This document shows positions 1-6,821 of a DNA stretch of 17,196 nt, piece by piece. Position 1 is the stretch's first letter. Each line of letters opens with the position of its first letter. Source of the DNA: Deltaproteobacteria bacterium TL4 (GTDB lineage Bacteria > SAR324 > NAC60-12); NCBI GenBank assembly GCA_051382335.1, contig JBBCAX010000083.1, forward strand, positions 1 through 17,196, read 5' to 3'. The position numbers and the translations under genes were made by a program. The notes below the pieces were generated by a model. The model was given only the letters and a program-made list of their open reading frames with translations. It had not been told where the DNA came from and searched no databases.

Positions 1-2
1 AT

Positions 3-161
3 TATTTCCCGTTTTTCAGGCCAAACCTATCATTAATTCTAATACGACTTTATAAGTCTCTGATTTTATTCAGGAGTAATATTGAGCAAATTGTTCAAAG
101 TCGAGTAGACACAGACGCTCTTAAAGAAGTAGAACCTGAAAGTATGAACATCATCAAATAA
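3..161 (+). other. Open frame running in from the window edge; possible 3' end or remnant of an upstream gene, tail resembling ABC-type (SsuA/NrtA-like) substrate-binding proteins
   Basis: Frame 3..161 has no stop until TAA 159-161, 11 nt before the kinase ATG. It ends ...VDTDALKEVEPESMNIIK*, which from memory resembles the tail of SBPs found upstream of such kinases. The first ~35 codons do not look SBP-like. Confidence 0.3.
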
Positions 162-172
162 ACGGAACGCCA

Positions 173-2206
173 ATGCTGATTAAAACCAGATTCAAAGTGA
201 GTATCCTCTTTACCTTCAGCGTACTGCTGTTGATAGGATTGATGAAATTCATTCAATTTAACGAAATCAATTCGGTCCTTAAAAAGGGTGACCTTGTAGG
301 TGAAGTCGTTCAAAGCGCGTTTGAACTTAATCTTATAACCTATGAATACTTGTTGAACCCCGCCAAGCGACCTCGGATTCAATGGAATTTAAGACATGAT
401 TCGCTATCAACATTAATCGGGAAATTACAATTTAAGACTGATGCAGAACTCCAATTACTTGATAAAATCAGACGTAATCATGATGAGATGAAAACTATTT
501 TTCCGATGCTTGTTGAAATTTTGGAAAACCAGAAAAGGGAAGAACAGCAAACATTCAAGTCAAGGGTTTTGCTGGAACAGTTTTCCGGTCTAATGTTGAT
601 AAAATCACAAAACGTTGTTACAGGCGCGGAACAATTGAACAGAATAAACCGTCAGGAAGTGATCACACTTCAACAGAACAGTAGCTGGATTATTTTGTCC
701 ATGGTCCTTTTTATTGCTCTGATAATAACGGCGAACTTGTTTTCGATTGGCAGAAGTATCATCCAGCCTATTCAAAAACTTCGAGATGGCGCAAAAATTG
801 TCGGCGATGGGGATTTAGACCATAGACTCGCTGTAACCACAAAGAATGAGCTCGGTGAACTTTCCAGAGCCTTTGATCAAATGACGCAAAATCTGGCAAC
901 CATCACCGTATCACGAGACAAGCTTACTGAAGAAATCCATGAACGAAAAAGCATGGAAGAACAATTACGCCAAACTAAACATGAGTTGATGGCTTTAAAC
1001 GAACAACTTCAACAGGAAATTATTGAATACAAACGGGTGGAAGCAGAACGCGATCGCATGGAAGTTCAGATTCGACAATCCCAAAAAATGGAAGCGATTG
1101 GAACCTTGGCCAGTGGAATAGCTCATGACTTCAACAATCTCCTAACTCCCATTCTGGGCTATGCTCAACTCGTTCAAACAAAGCTTGATCCCGACAGTAA
1201 GGAGGTCCAGTACCTCATGCATGTTTCAGAATCAGCAACCAGAGCGAAGGATTTGGTTAAAAAAATCCTGCTCATCAGTGATCCGTCCCTAAAACACACC
1301 GAAGCGGTACAGCTTGAAAAGTTGGTTGACGAAGTCTTAACCGTCCTTCAAGCGTCAGTTTCCCCGAATATCAGCATCCACCGAGAGATTGATCCTGAAC
1401 TCTCGCCTATTTATGCGGACCCCTCCCTAATCCATCAGGCGGTCTTAAATTTATGCACCAATGCGATTGAAGCCATGGGGCAAGAAGGCGAGTTGAGGAT
1501 TAAACTGAAGGAGCTCCAACACCATCGAATCCATCCGAATCAAGAAGATTCCACTGAGGCGTTTCTTTGCCTGAGTATTCAAGATAATGGCTGTGGAATG
1601 ACTGACCAAACCCTGGAACGTATCTATGAACCCTTCTTCAGTACCAAGGAACGAGGAGGAGAACGAGGTACCGGTTTGGGGCTTTCCATCGTCGATAGTA
1701 TCGTCAAACAGCATGGAGGACACATTGAAATAGAGAGTGTTCCAGAAATGGGAACGACTTTTCGTGTTTACTTTCCTGCGGTGATACCGGCTGAAGAGCT
1801 GTTTTCATCCACAGAACCGGAGTTTTTCGGCAAGGGGCATATCTTGTTAGTTGATGACGAAAGCTTGGTCAACATGATGGGAACCAACGTCCTGGAAAAC
1901 TCGGGTTATCAGGTAACCAGTTTTACCAACAGCCTCAAAGCGTGGGAGACCTTTAACGCGAATCCCGCAGCTTTTCAATTGCTGATCACCGATTATTCCA
2001 TGCCACAGTTGACGGGCCCTCAACTGATGGAGCGAATAAAATTCCTTCGACCGGACATCCCCATGATTCTGGTCACGGGATATTCAAATCTGGTAACCCA
2101 GGAAAACCTCCAGGAATGGCGCTGTGACGATATTATTGCCAAACCCTATAAGATCAACACGCTCAGACAGAGTGTGAAAAAAGTGCTGGAGAAATCAAAA
2201 AAATAA
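173..2206 (+). CDS. Membrane-bound hybrid sensor histidine kinase (2 TM, extracytoplasmic helical sensor, HAMP, HisKA, HATPase_c, C-terminal receiver)
   Basis: TMs at VSILFTFSVLLLIGLM and WIILSMVLFIALIITANLF. HAMP: PIQKLRDGAKIVGDGDLDHRL...NELGELSRAFDQM. H-box GIAHDFNNLL, N-box LNLCTNA, G1 DNGCGM, F-box YEPFFSTK, G2 GTGLGL. Receiver motifs LVDDE, LITDYSMP, VTG, KP. Confidence 0.95.
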   Translation: MLIKTRFKVSILFTFSVLLLIGLMKFIQFNEINSVLKKGDLVGEVVQSAFELNLITYEYLLNPAKRPRIQWNLRHDSLSTLIGKLQFKTDAELQLLDKIRRNHDEMKTIFPMLVEILENQKREEQQTFKSRVLLEQFSGLMLIKSQNVVTGAEQLNRINRQEVITLQQNSSWIILSMVLFIALIITANLFSIGRSIIQPIQKLRDGAKIVGDGDLDHRLAVTTKNELGELSRAFDQMTQNLATITVSRDKLTEEIHERKSMEEQLRQTKHELMALNEQLQQEIIEYKRVEAERDRMEVQIRQSQKMEAIGTLASGIAHDFNNLLTPILGYAQLVQTKLDPDSKEVQYLMHVSESATRAKDLVKKILLISDPSLKHTEAVQLEKLVDEVLTVLQASVSPNISIHREIDPELSPIYADPSLIHQAVLNLCTNAIEAMGQEGELRIKLKELQHHRIHPNQEDSTEAFLCLSIQDNGCGMTDQTLERIYEPFFSTKERGGERGTGLGLSIVDSIVKQHGGHIEIESVPEMGTTFRVYFPAVIPAEELFSSTEPEFFGKGHILLVDDESLVNMMGTNVLENSGYQVTSFTNSLKAWETFNANPAAFQLLITDYSMPQLTGPQLMERIKFLRPDIPMILVTGYSNLVTQENLQEWRCDDIIAKPYKINTLRQSVKKVLEKSKK

Positions 2207-2229
2207 AAACTTCTCCAATTCACCCTAAC

Positions 2230-5200
2230 TCACTTGTGGGTTAGATTGACACTGCCATCCCAATCCTCAGGTAACTTCGCGAATTTCAGGACACGACACT
2301 GGTTGAGGTGATACAGAGCTAACCTGTCTTCAGGATAGAGGTCCAAGGCTTTTTTGAAAAACTTCATACACTGCTCCCAATCTCGGTTGATTCTACAAAT
2401 CAGACCTTTTCCAATGTAGCGACTGGATTCTGCTTTGAGGTCTTGTATTTCCTTCAGTTCATGATTAAAAATTTCATAGATCCCTATGGGCTCTTTTTTT
2501 CCATAAACACGAACCATATCGACTTCACGATATTTGAGGGATGAGAGGTTTTGTAACAAGTTCAACGTTTCAAAACTGACCAGAATATCGGTCCCATAGG
2601 TTTTGGTGAGTCCTTCCAAACGAGAAGCCACGTTGACCGTATCCCCCAAGACCGTTGTATCCATGCGGTTTTGAGATCCAACAGTTCCAAAAATCACAGG
2701 TCCGCTGTGAATGCCAATCCCCATCTTGATGGGGGGATATCCACTTTTTGCTCGATAGGTATTGTATTCTTTCAAAACACCATGCATTTCAATCGCCGCG
2801 CAAATTGCGTTTTCAGCTTCCACGTTGTCTGTTGCTTGAGGGATGTCAAATAAAGCCATGATGGCATCCCCAATATATTTATCAATATAACCTCTGTAAG
2901 CATGAATAGGCTCACTTATTTTTTGCGTATAAGCATTGAGAAAACGCAGCAATTCCTGAGGGGTCATTGTTTCCGCCAAAGAAGTAAAAGAGCGGATGTC
3001 TGAAAACAAAATTGTAACATTATCCGCATCCGCGTCTCCAAGTTTGAGATTGACCAACCCCTCATGAGCAATTCTGCTTAAAAACTGTTTAGGCACAAAT
3101 TTTTCGAAAATAGCGGTCATTTCAGTAATTTTTTTGCTTTCCGCTAATTCCACTTGTGTTGTTTTCAACTCGTTATAAAGGTGCGCATTGTTGATTGCGG
3201 TCGCGATCGGATTGACATAGCGTTCGACTCTTTTCAGTTGTGAGTCGCTTAAGACAAAAGGGGTTCGGCTATCGGCAAAGCTAATCACCCCGATTAATTG
3301 TTTTTGAACTTCCAGAGGACAAAACAAATACGACTTGGACTGGGATATGTTGTGGATTTTCTGATCTTCAGGCCACAGGTTTTCCAGAATCTCAGCTGTT
3401 ATTTCAGGAAGATACACCACTTTTTTTGAAAGAGCGGCCTTCACCATAAAACTCACATCCTCATGAAACGGCATTAAGATGTTTTTTAATTGTTCTACCT
3501 GTTTGGTGCTAAAACCGCTGCCATAACATCGACTCAACACAAGATTTTGCTTGTCCGCATCAAACAGCAAAATTCCTACTTGATCGAATAAAAAAACGTC
3601 TTGCAGAGAAGCCACGATGGACAGCATGGTTTCATCTAAATCTAACGAAGCGTTAACCGTTTTTACAACTTCATTGATGTGCGTGATTTCCCGTTCTTTG
3701 GCCTGTGTCTCCTCATATAAGGAGGCATTTGCAAAATGTTGAGAAAGATCCAGGGTGATATTATCCAACAGCAGTTGATCATGCCTGGTATAAGGTGCCT
3801 GGAGATCATACTGTGAAATGGTTACCAAGCCCAGGGTTTTTTCATTGGAGACCAAGGGACTGATCAACTGCTGAACATATTGTCTTCCTAAATGAAGTTT
3901 CAAACTCTCTTCATTCTGGAATGGCTTTAACGTATCCAAATCAAAAATCATGGAATGTTTCGAGGCAAAAACCTCATAAGAATATAAGGTTTGAGGGGAC
4001 ACTTCCAATTCGAATTCTTTGACGTACTTGGGATTCAAGCCAAAACTTGAATGAAGCATCAGCGTGTTTTTTTCTTCATTGTAAAGGAGAACGGAACCTG
4101 AACCTTTGCTTCGAATCAACGGGACAACCTCGGTAATAAAGGTCTTGGAGGCGGCTTCCAAATCAAGAGTACTGTGGACTTTCTTTGCGATTTGATTAAT
4201 TTGAAGTAATTGGTTTTGAGCTGTTTGCAACTCGTGCGTACGGTGCTCTACTTTTTTCTCAAGATTTTTTGAGAGATCTTCCACCATGACAAAAGCTTTT
4301 GAAAAACGCAACGAAAGTAAAAAAGACTGGGAAAAAATAAAAACGAACAAGCCTAAGGAGAAAAAATTACCTGTAGCAATGATTAAATTCACATACAGCA
4401 AATCATTGACGAAGGTAATGGAAAAAAACAACATTCCCCCTAATATTAATAGAGCGCCTTCTCTTTTTCGTACAGACGCTAATACCAGCCCGTAGAGGAT
4501 ATAAAGTACAAACGATAAAGCCACAACTTGATAGGGAATCGCGGTATGCGTGTATATTGACGATTTGGTAAATAACACAAAAAGAGAAAAAAAGACACCC
4601 AGGCACTGAGCCATAAATAGAATTTTCTCAGAAATTTCGTTTTCATAAAGGCTTCTGACATACATTAAAAAAAACGGAGGCCCGAAGTAAAAACTGATAT
4701 ATTCCATTTCCAAGGCGAGTTCCCAACTGAAATCAGGAAATAGTAAAAATATGGTTTTTTCACCGGTGCAGAGGATTCTTACGGAAATGAGCAAACAAAC
4801 CGTGCCAAAATAAAGTGGAGATTGGTCTGTTTTGCGAAGACTGTACAAACCCAAATGATACAGGGCCATAATGAGGATGGAACCCAGTAAAAAAACTTCA
4901 AGAAAGATCCAGCGATCTCTTTTTTTATGAATCTGAGGTTCAAGGCCAAGAACAATAGGATACCAAACCCCTCCCTTCCTGTAATAGAAATTCGAGACTT
5001 GGAGTACCAACTCCATGGTTGTTGAGGAGTGCCTGATACTTGTTGCGTAAGGCAGGAATTGAGGGATCATTTCAGACGGTGTTTTACCAACCGTGCCATT
5101 GCGTCCCGCAACCTCATTGTCTATCCAAAGCAGGAAAGCCGTAGCTTGCTCCGGCAAGTTCAACGCATATTGATTCTTTTGCTCAGGAAGTTGAACTTTG

Positions 5201-5550
5201 AGTTTAAAGGTAGCGTATCCCTCCCCAGAAAGCGTTTTCCCTGCGACTTGATATCCATTCCAGACACTAGGGAGCGTGATGAGACCTGTTTTCTGTGGGG
5301 AGTTTTGATAATTAAAATCATTCGGATCCAGTAATTGTTCCCAATAAAATTCCCATTCCCCACTCAAATCAACGGGCCCTTCTTGCTCAAAGTCCCACGC
5401 TCTGAGATCCAATACGCCATTGACGCCTTTGGGTGTCAGTTTTACGGGTTTTTGCTGTCCACATGAACCGATAATAAGCCCCCCCAGCAGGAGGAATAAT
5501 AATAAAATCCGAGTGCTTGATGCCATAACGAGGACTCTAACTCTACGCAT
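2230..5550 (-). CDS. Class III adenylate cyclase: lipoprotein-like signal, extracellular beta-rich domain, 7TMR-DISM membrane region, two GAF domains, cyclase domain, TPR-like C-terminal tail
   Basis: Cyclase motifs TILFSDIRSFT, IDKYIGDAIMA and RMDTTVLGDTVNVASRLEG (both metal Asp, ATP-specifying Lys/Asp, Asn/Arg). N-terminal GVLDLRAWDF...LSGEWEFYWEQLL precedes seven hydrophobic segments. GAF-type ends PLVSNEKTLGLV...ANASLYEE and PLEVQKQLIGVI...INNAHLYNE. The true start may be ATG 5526. Confidence 0.93.
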   Translation of the reverse strand: MRRVRVLVMASSTRILLLFLLLGGLIIGSCGQQKPVKLTPKGVNGVLDLRAWDFEQEGPVDLSGEWEFYWEQLLDPNDFNYQNSPQKTGLITLPSVWNGYQVAGKTLSGEGYATFKLKVQLPEQKNQYALNLPEQATAFLLWIDNEVAGRNGTVGKTPSEMIPQFLPYATSIRHSSTTMELVLQVSNFYYRKGGVWYPIVLGLEPQIHKKRDRWIFLEVFLLGSILIMALYHLGLYSLRKTDQSPLYFGTVCLLISVRILCTGEKTIFLLFPDFSWELALEMEYISFYFGPPFFLMYVRSLYENEISEKILFMAQCLGVFFSLFVLFTKSSIYTHTAIPYQVVALSFVLYILYGLVLASVRKREGALLILGGMLFFSITFVNDLLYVNLIIATGNFFSLGLFVFIFSQSFLLSLRFSKAFVMVEDLSKNLEKKVEHRTHELQTAQNQLLQINQIAKKVHSTLDLEAASKTFITEVVPLIRSKGSGSVLLYNEEKNTLMLHSSFGLNPKYVKEFELEVSPQTLYSYEVFASKHSMIFDLDTLKPFQNEESLKLHLGRQYVQQLISPLVSNEKTLGLVTISQYDLQAPYTRHDQLLLDNITLDLSQHFANASLYEETQAKEREITHINEVVKTVNASLDLDETMLSIVASLQDVFLFDQVGILLFDADKQNLVLSRCYGSGFSTKQVEQLKNILMPFHEDVSFMVKAALSKKVVYLPEITAEILENLWPEDQKIHNISQSKSYLFCPLEVQKQLIGVISFADSRTPFVLSDSQLKRVERYVNPIATAINNAHLYNELKTTQVELAESKKITEMTAIFEKFVPKQFLSRIAHEGLVNLKLGDADADNVTILFSDIRSFTSLAETMTPQELLRFLNAYTQKISEPIHAYRGYIDKYIGDAIMALFDIPQATDNVEAENAICAAIEMHGVLKEYNTYRAKSGYPPIKMGIGIHSGPVIFGTVGSQNRMDTTVLGDTVNVASRLEGLTKTYGTDILVSFETLNLLQNLSSLKYREVDMVRVYGKKEPIGIYEIFNHELKEIQDLKAESSRYIGKGLICRINRDWEQCMKFFKKALDLYPEDRLALYHLNQCRVLKFAKLPEDWDGSVNLTHK

Positions 5551-5679
5551 ATAGAATAAGTGAATTTCCTGAGCAGAAAGTCATCAACTCAAATAATTTA
5601 GTCACGAAATCCACAAAAAACAGTCACGGAACAACTACGCAAAAAAGCGTCATCTCCTAAAGTAGAACAGAGCATATTA

Positions 5680-5706
5680 TTCATTAGAAATGCATTTCGT
5701 AATGAA
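5680..5706. promoter_or_regulatory. Near-perfect 27-nt palindrome, candidate operator
   Basis: TTCATTA-GAAATGCATTTC-G-TAATGAA: a perfect 12-bp core (5687-5698) plus 7-bp arms with a one-base bulge, in the divergent cyclase/regulator region. Confidence 0.4.
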
Positions 5707-5828
5707 AAAAATCCGCATACTCCATTATTTATATGAATCATTAGGGGCGATTCGTAAAGCATTTTCTCAGCCGCGCAACTTATTTAGTCGTCTTCCATGA
5801 GGTGCAAAACAACGGCTAATCACATAAG

Positions 5829-5900
5829 TCAGGCAGACCTAAGTTTGAGTTCTTGAATTTCTTTGGAAACCTGATTAAACACTTCATAAATCCCTACTGC
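5829..5900 (-). pseudogene. Short relic of an adenylate cyclase paralogue C-terminus
   Basis: Translates AVGIYEVFNQVSKEIQELKLRSA*, versus PIGIYEIFNHELKEIQDLKAESS in the cyclase. Bases 5844-5896 align ungapped to 2434-2486 at 41/53 nt by hand count. Confidence 0.75.
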
Positions 5901-5980
5901 CCACATTGAGCAGGTGGATAAATGCCTTTCAAACATTGAAAAATCCAGCGCATGGTCGGTCTGAGCGTCGGTTGATACTT
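5899..5980 (-). mobile_element. Decayed IS1634-family transposase C-terminal fragment
   Basis: Minus strand reads KYQPTLRPTMRWIFQCLKGI, then after a frameshift near 5920 IHLLNVG. This matches the PT.RPT(L/M)RW(I/V)FQ.F.GIHLL motif I recall from IS1634 transposase C-termini. The frame is bounded by stops. Confidence 0.6.
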
Positions 5981-6022
5981 AATGCCTCTCCTTGTATTAT
6001 CGGGTCGCTACGGCTAAAGATG

Positions 6023-6045
6023 AAAGATATTTTAAGAATATCTTT
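6023..6045. promoter_or_regulatory. 9-bp inverted repeat upstream of the response regulator, candidate operator
   Basis: AAAGATATT (6023-6031), TTAAG spacer, AATATCTTT (6037-6045), about 80 nt before ATG 6127. The context is AT-rich, so chance is possible. Confidence 0.3.
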
Positions 6046-6126
6046 ACAATCATGGGTAGCATGATAAAGATAAAAAATGTATTAGTTTGCTTCAAAAGTA
6101 CAGAGCATAATAAAGAAAGGTCTGCT

Positions 6127-6615
6127 ATGAATCAATATACAATTTTATGTGTCGATGATGAACGGGAAGTACTGGATAGTCTTCTTCAGGATATTAAATA
6201 TTTTTCAAACTATTTTGAAATTGAAGGCGCCGAGAGCGTTTCTGAAGCGAGAGCGATCGTGGAAGAGTTAAGTCTTAAAAACAAAAAATTGGCGCTCATT
6301 CTTTGTGATCATGTGATGCCCGGAGAAAATGGGGTCGATTTTTTGATTGATTTAAACACCCATGAAGAAACTCAAAACACGTGTAAAATACTCGTTACTG
6401 GTCAAGCTGGGTTAGAAGCCACCATTGATGCGATCAACCGGGGAGGCTTGGATTACTATATTTCTAAACCGTGGGACGCGGAACACCTCAAGACGATTCT
6501 GATTGAGCACCTGACTCGCTATATGATTGCTAATGAAGAAGATCTGATGACTTATACACAGATACTTGATGGTCAAAAAATCTTTAATGCGATTCATAAA
6601 CGTGGTGATTTATAG
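6127..6615 (+). CDS. Stand-alone response regulator (receiver plus short C-terminal helical extension, 162 aa)
   Basis: ILCVDDE, ILCDHVMP (phospho-Asp), LVTGQ, ISKPW. ATG 6127 follows the SD-like GAAAGG (6115-6120) and coincides with the receiver start, so it is preferred over TTG 5992. Confidence 0.92.
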   Translation: MNQYTILCVDDEREVLDSLLQDIKYFSNYFEIEGAESVSEARAIVEELSLKNKKLALILCDHVMPGENGVDFLIDLNTHEETQNTCKILVTGQAGLEATIDAINRGGLDYYISKPWDAEHLKTILIEHLTRYMIANEEDLMTYTQILDGQKIFNAIHKRGDL

Positions 6616-6637
6616 TCAGTCGCTGAACGGAATGGGT

Positions 6638-6701
6638 TCCGGCTATAAATTTGGGTAGTGTTCCAGAGAGATCTACCCCGCTTTAGCCGGATAAGTTTTT
6701 C
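6638..6701 (+). terminator. Extended interrupted stem-loop followed by a T-rich tract (possible terminator or structured leader)
   Basis: TCCGGCTA (6638-6645) pairs with TAGCCGGA (6684-6691), and GGGTAG (6653-6658) with CTACCC (6673-6678); followed by TAAGTTTTTC. Confidence 0.4.
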
Positions 6702-6821
6702 TACAGTCCGTCGTCTGCTTTGATGTGCAGCGTGTCTCCGTAACGTCCCATAGAAATTATAGCGATGGACCACAAGGAGCAAGCATTAGCATTGTTCTTA
6801 AGTTAACGTTGGAGAGAAAGT

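Noticed and set aside
5992..6126. 45-codon N-terminal extension of the response regulator from TTG 5992
   Set aside because: No SD at the TTG, AT-rich promoter-like sequence, and the receiver domain begins at ATG 6127, which has an SD.
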